A stretch of 64,000 nucleotides of DNA. Origin: Mobula hypostoma (Eukaryota). The number at the start of each line of letters is the position of its first letter. Within the stretch, counting starts at the first letter, position 1. The notes below the pieces were generated by a model. It made no database searches. It was not told where the DNA came from and worked only from the letters and a program-made list of their open reading frames with translations. Positions 23,160-36,145 of the stretch are shown piece by piece. Position numbers and translations under genes: made by a program. The DNA lies in contig NC_086097.1 in the NCBI RefSeq assembly GCF_963921235.1, positions 139,626,001 to 139,690,000 on the forward strand, given 5' to 3'.

Positions 23160-26100
23160 ATTAGACCATGTAAACATTAGACATAGGAGCAGAATTAGGC
23201 CATTTTGCCCATCGAGACTGCTCCTCCATTCCACCATGGTTGATCCCAGATCCCACTCAAGCCCACACACCTGCCTTCTCGCCATATCTTTTGATGCCCT
23301 GACCGACCAGGAAACGATCAACTTCTGCTTTGTATACCCACGCCTCCACCGCAGTCTGTGGCAGAGCATTCCATAGATTTACTACTCTCTGGCTAAAAAT
23401 ATTTCTCTTTATCTCTGTTCTAAAGGGTCACCCCTCAATTTTGAGGCTGTGCCCTTTAGTTCTGGATAACCCCTACCAGAGGAAACATAGGAGGAGTACA
23501 GGCTGAAAGCTGCCAAAAATGCTCCTCATATGTTAACCCCTTCATTCCCGTAATCATCCTTGTGAACCTCCTCTGGAATCTGTCCAATGACAACACATCC
23601 TTTCTGAGATATGGGGCCCAAAATTATTCACAATACTCCCAAGTGCGGACTGAGTAGTGACTTATAAAGGCCTAGCATTAACTCCTTGCTTTTATATTCT
23701 ATTCCCCTGGAAATAAATGCTAACATTGCATTTGCCTTCCTTGCCACAGACTCAATCTGTAAATTAACTTCTGGGGGTCTTGCATGAGGATTCCTAAGTC
23801 TCTCTGCACCTCCGATGTTTGAACTTTCTCCCCATTTATCTAATAGCCTTCACTATTGTTGCTTTTACCAAAATGGATTATCATACATTTCCCAACACTG
23901 TATTCCATCTGCCACTTTTTTGCCCATTCTTCTAAGTCCTGCTGCAATCACATTGCTTCCTCAGCACTACCTACCCCTCCACCTATCTTCATACTATGTG
24001 CAAATTTTGCCACAAAGCCAGCAATTCCATTATCTAAATTATTGACAAACAATGTGAAAAGTAGTGGTCCCAGTACTGACTCCTGAGGAACCCACTAGTC
24101 ACTGGCAGCCAACCAGGAAAGGCCCCTTTTATTCCCACTTACTGCTTCCTGCCTGTCAGCCATCCCCCTATCTATGCCAGTATCTTTCCTGTGATGTCAT
24201 AGGATTTTATCTTGTTAAACAATCTCTTGTGTGGGACCTTAACAAACACGTTCTGAAAATCCAAGTAAATGACATCCATTGCCTCTCCTTTATCCACCCT
24301 ATTTGTTATTTCCTCAAAGAACTCTAACAGATTTGTCAGGAAAGATTTCCCTTTACAAAAACTGTGCTATCTTTGACTTATTTTATCATTAGTTTCCAAG
24401 AACCTTAAAACTTCATCCTTAATAATAGACTGCAATGCTTTCCCAACCACTGAAGTTAGGCTAACTGGCCTAAAAAATTTCCTTCCTTTTGTTTTTGTCC
24501 CTTCTTAATGAGTGGAGTTACATTTGCAATCTTCCAGTCCTCCAGGACCATGCCAGAAACAAGTGATTCTTGAAAGAGTATGACCAATGTATCTGTTACC
24601 TCTTCAGCAAACTTTCTCAGGACTCAGAGATGTAGTCCATCTGCTCCAGGTGACTTATCCACCTTAAGACCTTTGAGTTTGCCTCGCACCTTTTCTTTTG
24701 TAATAGCAACGGCACTCTCTCCTGCTCTCTGACACTCATAGACGTCTGGCATACTGCTTGTCTCTACTGTAATGAAGACTGATGCAAAGTACCCATTAAG
24801 TTCATCTGCCATTTCTTTGTCCCCATTACTACCTCACCAGCATCATTTTCCAGTGGTCCAATATCAACTCTCACCTCCCTTTTTATATAACTGAAAAAAC
24901 TTTTGGTATCCTGCTGTATATTATTGGCTAGTCTGCCCTCATATTTCATCTTTTTCCCTTCTTATAGCTTTTTCAGTTGCCTTTTGTTGGATTTTAAAAG
25001 CTTCCCAATCATCCAACTTCCCACTCACTTTTTCTACCTTATATGTCCTTTCCTTGGTCTTTATGCAGTCCTTAACATCCTTTATCAGCCATGGTTGCCT
25101 ACCCCTACTATTTGAGAATTTCTTCCTCTGTGGGACATATCTATCCTGCACCTTCTGAACTATTCCCAGAAACTTCAGCCATCGCTGCTTTGCCGTCATC
25201 CCTGCCAGTATCCTCCTCCAATCCACCTGGACAAGCTCCTCTCTCATGCCTCTGTAATTACCTTTATTCGTTTGTGATACTGATACATCTGACTTATCCC
25301 TCTCAAATTACAATATGAATTCAATCATATTATGATCACCACCTCCTGAGGGTTCCTCTACCCTAAGCTCCCTAATAAGAACTGGGTTATTATACAACAC
25401 CCACTCTTAGGTAGCCTTTCCTTGAGTAGGCTGAAGCACAAGCTGCCCTAGAAAGCCATCTCATAGGCATTCAACAAATTCCCTCTCTTGCGATCCGACC
25501 TAACCTGATTTTCCCAATCTCCCATTACAATTATGTCATTACCCTTATTACATGCCTTTTCCAGCTCCCTTTGCAATCTCAACCCCACATCTTGGCTACT
25601 ATTTGGAGGCCTATATATGATTCCCATGATGTTTTTTTACCCTTGCAATTTCTTAACTTCACCCATAAAGATTCAACATTCACTGATCCTATGTCACCTC
25701 TTTCAAAAGATGTAATTTCATCTTTTACCAACAGAGCCACACCACCACGTATGCCTTCCTGCCTGTCCTTTTCATACAAAGTATATCCTTGGATGTTAAG
25801 CTCCCAACTATGGCCTTCTTTCAGCCACAACTCAGTGATGCCCACAACGTCATACTGATCAATCTCTAATTGTACGAGTTCATCCACCTTATTCCAGATT
25901 CCACATGCATTTAAATACAGCAACTTCAGTCCTGCATTCTTTGCCCTTTTGAATTTTGCCTCTGTGGTACAAGTTAACTCTTCGCTCTGTCTGCATTTGT
26001 ACTAATCATTGGCTTGTCCTTCCTTACATTCATGTTACAACCATCACCTACTTCTAAACCTGCTGGCTCATCCTCTGCTCTATCATACTGGTTCCCATCC

Positions 26101-26720
26101 CCCTGCCATATTAGTTAAAACCACTCTCAACAGCTCTAGTAAATCTGCCCATAAGAATATTGGTCCCCCTCGAATTCAAGTGCAACCCATCCCTTTTGTA
26201 CAGGTCCCATCTGCCCCAGAAGAGCTCCCAATTATCCAGAAATCTGAATCCCAGCACCCTAATCCAATTCTTCAGCCACGCATTTATCTGTCACTTCATT
26301 CTATTCCTATCCTCACTGTCACATGGCACAGGCAGCTATCCGGAGATTACTACCCTTGAGGTCCTGCTTCTCAGCTTCCTTCCTAGCTCCCTGTATTCTT
26401 TTTTCAGGGCCTTCTCCCTTTTTCTTCCTATGTCATGGTACAATATGTACCACGACCTCTGGCTGCTCACTCTTCCCCTTCAGGTTATTGTGGACATGTC
26501 CAGAAACACCATGGACCCTGGCACCTGGGAGCAACCTACCATCCATGTTTGTTTTTCATGTCCACAGAATCATCTATCTGTCCCCCTGTCTATAGAGTCT
26601 CGTATTACTGCTGCCATCCCCTTCAGTCCCCTACCCTTCTGAGCCATAGGGCCAGGCTTAGTGCCAGAGGCATGTCCGCTATTGCTTCCCCAGGTAGCTT
26701 CTCCTTTCCACCCACCACCC
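23160..26720 (-). mobile_element. CR1 LINE, long and decayed (ORF1 esterase region, ORF2)
   Basis: LYLNACGIWNKVDEL..YDVVGITELWL (EN N-terminus), DKSPGADGLH and MADELNGYFASVF. ORF1 esterase-like sequence at about 26115-26650. The 3' tail is at about 23160-23200. Confidence 0.9.
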
Positions 26721-27589
26721 CCCCCGCCCCAAACAGGATTCAAGATTATTCATATGTTTAAAAGAAAGACTATTGCAGAAAAAAATTTGAAGTAGGATTC
26801 CATTTGTGGTTCAAGCAACTACATAAATAGTAAAAGTAAAGCTTAAGTGATGGTTTGTCAGCTGACCTTTAACCTAGATTACGGAAAGGTTTTCCCTCAG
26901 AGTCATTATTTCCCTAAAACTTTCCTAAAACTGCCCAACAGCTTGTAGTTCCAAGGCTGCATTTTGCCTTAAAAGTATTTCAGACACAAGCCTGCAGAGT
27001 AAGTGACTGGGAAATGTACTGCTGTTTAAAGCTAATCCAACATTCATATATCCACCCAAACACTTTCTACAGTGTTACTGGAAGGCCATCACTACCTGGA
27101 ATACACTGGGGGTAGCTACAAACTTCTACCAGCTGTACATTGTTACCTATTCTTACCCGACATTGTATCTGACCATGGTTTAAATGCAATCTGATCACAG
27201 TATCTTTGGCTCCAATCTCCAGGGAAGAGGACCAAAACCTTTACAGACGTAAAGGTTTGAAAGTAGATAACCAAATACTCTGATTTTCATCACACTCTTA
27301 ATTTTATTTACATATGCTCATGCATCTGTTGTTGAGAAACGACTGGGAGAATTGAAAAGTGTAAAGACCATATCCCAGTTATAGTACAGAAGACCTGTAC
27401 TCAAGAACTAGCTGTTCCGGAACAGTCACAAATGGCATCATGGAGACAGAAGAGACCACAGATGCAGAAACTTGGAGAGAGAGAAAAAACAAACTATTGG
27501 AGGAATTCAGCAGGTCAAGCAGTATTTGTGGAGGCAAAGAGATGTACAAGAGAGCCCAAATATATCCTGTTCAGAAAAAAAATCCAATC

Positions 27590-28900
27590 CAGTTATTTAC
27601 TGTTCAATCAAGCTATTCCCAATCGTCAGCACAGGTGGTGTCATTGACAGTGTTATCGGACTGTACTTACCAATAACCTGCTCACTCATGCCCAGTTTTG
27701 GTTTTGTCAGGAGCACTCTGCTCCAGATCTCAATACAGCCCAAGTCCAACATTAACCAAAGGATTGACCTCCAGAAGTGAGGTGGGGCTCCTGCACTTCA
27801 AATCAAGGCAACACTTGACTTGGTATGGCATCATGCGTGGGTAAAAATGAAAAAGAAGATAAATAAAATTAGTATTAAAAGGGAAAACACACCAATGGCA
27901 GGAGTTACACCATTCTCAAAGGAAGATAATTGTGTTTGTTGGAGGTCACTATCACAGCCCATGGGCAGCGTTTTAGGATAAATCATCTTCAGCTGTTTCA
28001 TCAAGGGCATTGTATCACAAAGTTGGAAATAGGGATGTCCGCTGATGACTGCACAATGTTCAGTTCCATTCACAACTTTTCAATTAAAAAGCAGCTCATG
28101 CCTGCATGCTGCAAGAACAAAAAGGCATGGACTAATAGGTGGCAAGGAACACTCATACCACAAAGATGCCAAACAATCTCTATCTACAAGCAAAGATAGC
28201 CAAATCCCCCTTCTTTGACATTTGATGGCATTATCATTACCTAGTGCCCACCAACAATATGCTAAGGATCACTACTGAACACTCAACTGGACCAGCTGAA
28301 CACATATTATGGCTACCAGAATAAGCCAGAAGCTGGATACATTCCAGTGGGTAACTCACTTCCAATCAACCCAAAGCCTTTCTACAAGGGCACAGACCTG
28401 GAATGTGATGGAATACTGTCCACTTATTTGCCTATTGAGTTCCATTTCAACAACCCTCAAGAAACGTTAACACCATCCAGTAAAATGAAGCTGCTCGAGT
28501 ACCCCATTTATCATCGTACATAATCACTTGCTTCATCACCAGCACACAATGACACTTGCGTTTTAACATGCACTGCAACACTACTTCAACAGCTCCTTCC
28601 AAACTGCTGGCCTTTTTCCTCAAAGTCAAGGGCAGCAGATACTGGGGCACAGCATCACCTTCAGTTTCCATTCCATCATGCACCATTCGACTTGAAAATA
28701 TATCACTGAGGATATTATTGAGGCTGAGGATTTGGCATGATTGTATTGAATGGTGCATCAGGCTCTTATGGCTTACTCCCTGTTCCTATTTTGCTTCATG
28801 TTACTGAGTCTAAATCCTGGACCTCTGCCACCAACAGCATACTGGAAGCACCTTCCGCATAAGGACTGTTATAGTTCAAGACAGCTCAGATTATGAATGA
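27590..28900 (+). mobile_element. Ancient CR1-group LINE (RT to 3' UTR), heavily decayed
   Basis: GGVIDSVI..NNLLTHAQF and EIGMSADDCTMFSSIH in shifting frames. Confidence 0.6.
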
Positions 28901-29374
28901 GAAATAAATCCAGTGACACCCAGATTCAAAACATGAAAAAGGTAAAAAGCAAGGCATTGCTCACTGGGTCAGTTTTGTTTCAGTGCAAAACATACTTTTC
29001 AAGGAATGCAATGTATGCAGCCAGTGTTTCTAAAACCCAATGCTCATTTGCAAACTTTACACAAATTTCCCTGATCAAGTTTATTTTTGAGTTGTGTACA
29101 CATCGAATTAGGCAGTGTTTTTTTTTGTCTGTAATGAAGACAGTTTTAGAGAGCTGAGTGATTTCTGTAATGGCTGGTACAATGTAGTTGGTCCATGGAA
29201 TCATTACAATGCCTGACATTCACTTTGAATATAAATGTATATTCACAGCCTGCTTATAGCCTCCTTCAACCAACATTAAGCTGAATATGATATATGGTCA
29301 GAAAATTAACTTAAAATATTTAATCCTTTTGTGACTGAGAAAATGAGAGTAACTTTAAAGACTTAGTCAACGTC

Positions 29375-29580
29375 AGGCTGAGCAGTGGGGCAGTGGGCAA
29401 TGCTCCAGTGGCTGAATACACAGGTTGAGGATAAAGTAACACATCAACTCTACAGTCCAGTGCTGGCATGTCTGCTGCAATGTTAAATTCACACCTGACT
29501 GCTCTCTCAGGTGGATAAAAAGATTTCATGGTACCTTTGCAAAGTTGCTCATGGAGTATAGGGTAAAATTTTTTGTTCAG
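29375..29580 (+). mobile_element. Deu-domain SINE remnant (SacSINE1/AmnSINE1-like)
   Basis: ctgctctctcaggtggataaaagatttcatggtac resembles the Deu core CTCTCAGGTGGAYGTAAAAGATCCCATGGCAC. Confidence 0.45.
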
Positions 29581-30354
29581 TGTCACTGATAGGGTCATAC
29601 CTACGTGTCCTACTCAAGAACAGTTTCCATATCTCAAAAGAGCATCAGCTGAAAAGCACTTCAGTATGTCCTGCGAAGGCTGTGCAAATGGTCTTTGAGA
29701 AATACTGATCCTTCTACATATGTTAAATTAGAAGGAGAAGCAGACATTTGTCTGCACAGCACTTGGAGATTCCAAACCAAATGTCACAACACTGATGTTG
29801 CAATTTAGGCAGTTATGTTACATTTTAGGAAGTAAATATATCTATTTATTTGTCTAAAATATATAACGTGGAGTTATAAATGGATCTTTAAGATGATTTG
29901 GATAGCAAAGGTTTGGAGGAATATGGCCCAAACACATGCAAATGGGATTTGTGTTAACGGGCACCTTGCTCAGCATGGTTAAGTTGGGTTGATGGGCCTA
30001 TTTCTGTGCATTATGACTATGAATATATAATATGCTGAAGAATTGGAAGAGAGGTGAAAATACTTCTTTTTTAAAGTTAGGTGTCATAAAATCTTAAGAA
30101 TTAGGAACATCAGCTGGCTAGTCTGGCCAGCCCTCGAGCCTGCTCTGCTATTAAGTAAGACCCTTGCTGAACCAATTCTGGTCTCTATGCCACTTTCCCA
30201 CACTCTCTGTACTCTGTGACTTGTTTACAGTTTAAATGTCTGTTTATCCTCTCCTTGTATATATTCAGTAACTCTGCATCTTGGCTCACTATGACTCAGA
30301 ATTCCAAACATTCATGACCTTGAGGGGAAGAAACTCTTTATCTCCATCAGGTAA

Positions 30355-31770
30355 CCACGTAACCACATAAATGACAGCGATGCTTCACTCCCCAATGAGC
30401 ACAAGGCCTCTTGTGTATGCTTTGAAAGGGGGAATAATACTACAACTGTGCGAATCCCCAAAGCATTCGGCAACTCTGTGATCTCTGTCTTGGAAGCTGA
30501 TGTTGTCCTTCAAGGGGCTGAACTCTCACATGGTGTCAGACCACGATGGTGAACCTGGCTGGGTACTGAAAACCTGTGCTAACCAGCTGGCTGGTTCAAG
30601 GAATCTTCCAACTGTCACTACTGTGGACTGAGGTTGCTTCAAGAGGGTGTCAATTCTACTGACATCCGAGAGGAGCAAGGTGAGCCGCCTCAATAACTAT
30701 CGACCGGTAGCACTCACATCTACCATAATGAAGTGCTTTTGGAGGTTGCTGATGGCTAGAATTAACCCCTGCCTGAGAGAGGACCTGGATCCACCACAAT
30801 CTCACTGTCTCTTCTCTCTGCTTTGGAGTACCTCCACAACATCAAAACTTAAAAAGGCTGCTGTTTATCGATTATAGACTGAGTTCAAAACCATTATTCT
30901 CTCAGTACTAAACACCAAGCTTCTAAGCCTGGGCCTCTGTATCTCCTTCTGCAACTGGATCCTTGAATTAATTATGAGGAAACAACGTACAGTATGGATC
31001 AGTGATAACATCTCCTCCATGTTGACAATCAACACTGGCACGCCTCAAGGATGCATGCTTAGTCTTTTGCTCTACACTCATGACTGTGTGACCAAACACA
31101 GTTTAAACACTGTCTATAAATTCACTGCTTTTGGTAAAATCTCACAGGGCCACGAGGCAGCACACAGGAATGATACAGATCAGCTGGTTGAGTGGTGTCT
31201 CAACAACAACCTCACACTCAATGTGGCAAGACCAAAGAATAGATAGTGGACTTTAAAAAGAGGAAGTTGGGAGAAAATGCACCAGTCCTCATCGAAGGAT
31301 CAGCAGTGGAAACGGTAAAAAGCTTCAAGTTTCTTGGTGTCATCATCTCGGAGGATCTGACTTGAGCGCCACACATTGATTGTAATCACAAAGAAGGCAC
31401 ATCAGATGCTCTACTTTGTTTAGAGTTTGAGGAGATTTGGTATGTCACAAATGCATAGTGGAGAGCATTCTAACTGGCTGCCTTACTGACTGGTATTGGC
31501 TGCAGGCTGTTGTAGACCTAGCCATGGGCACAAACCTGCCCACTATTGAGGATATCTTCAGGAGGCAATGCCTTAAGAAAGGCAGCATTATTATTTAAGA
31601 CCCTCACCGCCCAGAACATGCTTTCTTCTCATTACTACCATCAGACACCTTATTCCTTTATTTGCACTCTTTAATTACAAATTTTATAATAATTTTTGTC
31701 TTTACATTGTACTGCTGCTGCAAAACAAAGTTCATGTCATATGAGACAGTAATGAACCTGATTCTTATCT
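30355..31770 (+). mobile_element. Rex/Babar LINE, decayed
   Basis: LNNYRPVALTSTIMKCFWRLLMARINPCL, NTGTPQGCMLS and DQLVEWCLNNNLTLNV. Confidence 0.85.
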
Positions 31771-32539
31771 GACTTAATCTGAAACCGTGCCCCTACTTCT
31801 CTTCCTTTCTGTACTTGTATTTGCTATTACTGGTTTTATATCATTTGCTCGTTTCCTGTCATACTCTATCTTCTTCCTTTTTGATTGTTTTGTCATCCGT
31901 TAGCAGTTTCTACGAGTTTCACAAACCTCTTGCGTGTGAGATGAGTTGCAGTCCTGGATACTGGGGTTAATTCTCCTGCTTTTCTTTTTGTAAGCATTTC
32001 TACCCTCCTTTCCCTCTTCAGAGTGAATGACTGACCAATCAGCAATTTTAACCTGTGACATCCAGTCCACACACCGCAGACGGAGGAAACATCCCCGCCT
32101 CTGTTCCGCTTTATAGGATACTAGACTGGGAAGAAGCTTGGACAAGAAGAGTAAGAGTTCGCAGCAGATGCAGAAGAAAGTTGTTGGCCAATCCCGAAAA
32201 AAATTAGTGATCGGCGAAAAGAGGGGACCCCAGTCACCCGTCTGTCCTGCGATAAACTTCACAAGCATTGCTAGCGACTGTCACGTGAACTATTCCCCTA
32301 GCGTCACGGTTACGCTGCGAGTCAGCTGACTGTGGTTGTGACGCCACCGGGGGGAAGTAACTGGCGTGGAGGCGTGCACGCAATTGCGCGTGCCCCTGGC
32401 GGGGAGAAGATTGTGCGTGAGCGCCGACGCGCGTCACCGTGGAGACGGGAGCGGCAGAGAGACAGAGTCGGGTGGGGTGAGCTTGACCAGTGGCAGACAG
32501 CGAGTGAGAGACCGAGGCCTTGGGCTTGCGCCCGCTGCC

Positions 32540-32545
32540 ATGTGA
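32540..32545 (+). promoter_or_regulatory. Start-stop uORF (ATG TGA)
   Basis: GCC ATG TGA in the presumed 5' leader. Confidence 0.5.
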
Positions 32546-32568
32546 GAGGGGGAGCTGGGAGTCGAGCC

Positions 32569-32598
32569 ATGGGGCGGAGGGCCGCTGATCGGCCTTAG
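32569..32598 (+). promoter_or_regulatory. uORF encoding MGRRAADRP*
   Basis: Strong Kozak context gccATGG. The stop lies 41 nt before the first in-frame main ATG. Confidence 0.5.
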
Positions 32599-32645
32599 TG
32601 AGGCTGCGGGGCTCAGGCCGCCGCGCTCTTTTGGGGAGTATGCCC

Positions 32646-32792
32646 ATGGATCCGAGTGTGGCCGACAGCCCGGTGACTCTAGTGATTAGAACGCCGAACC
32701 AGAAGTACGATGACCAGACGGTGCGTTGTTTCCTCGATTGGACCGTGGGACACCTCAAGAGCCACCTGGCGCTTGTGTACCCCAGCCGCCCG
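32646..32792 (+). CDS. HERPUD2: HERPUD2 coding exon 1 (ubiquitin-like domain N-terminus); alternative in-frame ATG at 32640
   Basis: MDPSVADSPVTLVIRTPNQKYDDQTVRCFLDWTVGHLKSHLALVYPSRP (49 aa) matches the HERPUD2 N-terminus as I recall it (PVTLIIKAPNQKYSDQTISCFLNWTVGKLKTHLSNVYPSKP). GTGAGT donor at 32793, phase 0. Confidence 0.93.
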
Positions 32793-33585
32793 GTGAGTAC
32801 CAGGGGCCTTGTGCCGTGCCGATGTTAGTGAAGTGTTCCCCTGTGAAGTCGTAGCTTACACTACCGTAGGACACTTACCCTATCCCTCGCTACTGTCTCC
32901 ACTCCTTCTTTCTGGGTACCTCCCCCTTGCCCCTTAGTTGTTCTTTTCTGTTTCACCCCACCCCCCAACTTTGGCGTTTATGCTTCCCACAAGTTTAGGT
33001 GGTTTCGCTCCAGTTTTGCCCTGATTTGGGGTGGTCCTACTGAGGCATTATTGATGCTTCGCCAGCAGGCAGTCTTGATGGTATCATGCTTTCCCTTTGT
33101 AGTTTTCTCGCATTATTTTTTTTTTAGCTGTGCTATTTGCGCTGGTACTGAATGTGTTCTCGTAGCTGGACCCAGAGGGCAGATGAGTGGATTACAGGTG
33201 ATTTAACTGATGCTTGTGGTCTTCTGCAGTTTGCATCTCTACCCAACGAGGCTTGATGTGAGCTTGAATACAGATGCTTTGTTTCTTACTCTGAATTCAT
33301 CCTTGCTAGCTTATTTGTTTATTGATGTCTGAACAAGTAGGATGCGATTTGTTCTGCTTTCAATAATGTGAGAACCTGAATTCCTTTAGTTTTCTCGGAG
33401 TCTGGGATGTCAATGCTGAGAAATTAAAATTGGGGGTTAAAAATAATTGGTTTGCTGGAATGCAGGCTTTTTCCAAAGTCAGGTTGCATTCTTGAAAGAA
33501 GTGATTGAGTGGCAATGTGGGGGTAGATTACAAGTAATGAGATCTGTAAACTAGCACAGAGCTGATGAGCTAAAATAGGTTCCAT

Positions 33586-33860
33586 GTATTTATTTAGAGA
33601 TGCAGCATGGAATAGGCCCTTCTGGCCCTTCGAGGCGCACTGCCAGCAACCTCCCAATTTAACCCCACCCTAATCACAGGACAATTTACTTTAACCTGCT
33701 AATGAGTCTGCCTTCGGACTGTTGGAGGAAACCGCAGCACCCACAGAAAGCGCACACATTCCGCGGGGGAGTCATCTGAGCTCATTACGGAGGATGCCGG
33801 GATTGAACTCCAATGCCCGGAGCTGTAATAGCGTTGTGCTAACCGCTATACTGCCGTGGT
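33586..33860 (-). mobile_element. V-SINE (HE1-like tRNA SINE)
   Basis: Minus strand shows A box TATAGCGGTTAG, B box GAGTTCAATCCC, V-domain GGGTGCTGCGGTTTCCTCCAACAGTCC and a CR1-type tail GAAGGGCCTATTCC...(TAAA)n. Confidence 0.8.
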
Positions 33861-35623
33861 ACGTTGTAAGGAAATATGTATTGTTCTGTTGTTATGACGG
33901 GTTTAACTGGTGTTTTGGCTCAGTTTCTGGAAAAGTATCCACTGGAATTCAGAAGAAGGGTTAAATTGTAAGATCCAAGGGGCTCAGGCGAAATACAGAG
34001 AGGATGTTTTCTCAGTAGGATGAATTTAGCATGAGAGGTGATAGTTTAAAAGAAAATATCTTGTATTTAAGATGGAGATGAGGTGTGGACCCACATGTAC
34101 CATGGATATGGAAGTGATTGATGCCCCAGTGATTGTTGCATTGAATAAAAGTACATATGTTCGGTGGCCCACTGGCATTCTTAGTCTGCTGGGGAGGTGG
34201 AAGCATACTCTTTGAATATGTTTAAGGTAGATTTCAGTGAAAGTATACCAAGATCCAATCTGGAACATGCCTCATTTGCAAGTGGTGTGGTCATGATTAA
34301 TTTTCATGAACACAGTATTATGGAATTTGTAATGAATTATTATCATTTCTTGAAGGTAGATTAAACATGTTAGAGAGCATGTTTTGGGATTATCTCATTT
34401 TCAATTATGTAAGTAAAACTGTGCCTGGTTGTCACACTCTTTACTCTGGATAACTTGTTCATGCCAAGGGGAAAAACCAATGTTTTATTCTCTATAATGC
34501 TGACTGGTTGTATTGATTCACAAAAGTTTTGCAATCAAGGCAATGTTTTATTTTAAAAAAACACAATATTGTAGCCATCTTGTGCACTTCTAAACCCAGC
34601 TTTCTAACTGCCGAAATTTTGCTTGGAATAAAATTTGTGCAACTTCAACATGGTTGAGTATATCTGATGATAGAAGGATTGTGTGAAGGGTACCTTGTTG
34701 CTGTTTTGTACAGAATCTTTTTAAAAAAAACTGACAAGATATGTTCACTTCAAGCCTTGGTGTCACAGAATTTGTTCTGTGAAGAATGAGGTTTTATAGA
34801 AATACCAGACCAATACAAGGGTTCCTATTTGATGTTTAATTCTTGAAGTATTCTCCACAGCGGTTCTGTGGGCCACAAGTATCTGATTTAAAAGGCCATG
34901 TCCATGATGGTACATGCAAATATTCAGTCTGGTTGAACAAAATGTGGGAATCATTTTTTTTACACACAATATACCCAGTGTTCATTATGTTGAAGTCCTT
35001 GAAAACAAAACATTTCTCAACCTTGGCCTTAAGGCTTAAAACCAGAGAACCATTCAGTTCTTGATTGGCTCCATGTGCACAATCAAATTATAAATTAAAT
35101 ATTTCATTCAATGTTGTTATAATTTGTAACTTATTTTAACACCAAGTTGTATCTTGATTTGTTTCAACATCTTCCATGTAATTATATTTTCTGAAGCCCG
35201 CATCTTGAGCTAATACCCCATTGTAGTTCTCATCTTGATCTTTCCGGGATGTGAATGAAACATCTTCCTGCTGTAAAACTTGCTCTTAATTTCATTATTG
35301 CAATGATAGTGTGCCCTGTGGCTAGGTTGCTGCCTTAAGCATTATCAGCAGTTTGAACTTGTTCGGGTGTTTAAGTTGTCTGAGTCCTTGCATTTGTCAT
35401 TCATGGCAGACTTGACAACATGTCTGTTCAGAGTTCTCAGCTTTTTGCACTGTGCTGTTAATGGTGTACAAGTTGTTTCCATTCTATAAGTGTGTTTATT
35501 TGTAAATGTAATGCCCTGGTTCACATCTTTACTGTTATGCTGTAGGTATTTCATTTTGCAGCTCCATAAGAGCTGCTGTTCTGCTTTCAGCCTCTTTGGG
35601 TTATTGTTGAAAATAAGGGATGA

Positions 35624-36145
35624 TGTGGAATGTGTGCCATCCAATTAGCAGGAGGTTTTCTTGGTGAGGGACAATTAGGTTGGGCTTGAGGTTTTTTTGG
35701 TTCAAGAGGAATGAAGAGAAGACGCTGGGGAGAACCGGTCGCAGCATATGATCCGATGGGAGACCCATTTGTCCGAGGTGGATTGCGAGTGGCGTTCGGA
35801 AGGTGGTCTGTGCTTTTACGTGGACCGAGGGCCCAGCGCGTGAATGACAGAGAAATTCAAGATGAACTCCAACTTGTGCACATTTGACTGTTTAATTAGA
35901 ATGGGCCCTTTTTGTTATTCTTTACTAACCCTTTAGTTAAGATTCATGATTATAGTTCCTTTAATGGTATGCAGTGTACTATCTGTTATTTTGTGGTATT
36001 AATTTGTAACGGGGTAGCAAACGACACAGCATCCACACAAACCAGGGTTTGGGCTGGGATCGACTGCGCCTCAATCTCAGGAGTTTGGCGGGGCCGGAGG
36101 TCGTCTTCCCTAGACTTGTGCAGCCAAGGAAACCAGGGTGTTTCA
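35624..36145. mobile_element. Probable solo LTR or LTR fragment
   Basis: A locally CpG-retaining block starting near TGTGG and ending GGGTGTTTCA, with no coding capacity. TSD not confirmed. Confidence 0.4.

Larger units (their letters stand above)
32030..32870 (+). promoter_or_regulatory. CpG island / HERPUD2 promoter and 5' leader
   Basis: The only extended CpG-rich non-repeat segment in the window. CCAAT boxes at 32035 and 32188, GTCACGTGAA at 32280, GTCAGCTGAC at 32321, TGACGCCA at 32339 and GGAAGT at 32353. It overlaps the first coding exon. Confidence 0.8.

Noticed and set aside
26009..26761. Several overlapping + strand ORFs of 90-160 aa (also 12661-13225)
   Set aside because: Antisense shadows of CR1 ORF1, present in both CR1 copies.
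32234..32758. 174-aa minus-strand ORF and other ORFs over the CpG island
   Set aside because: GC-rich, stop-poor sequence antisense to HERPUD2 exon 1, with no recognisable domain.
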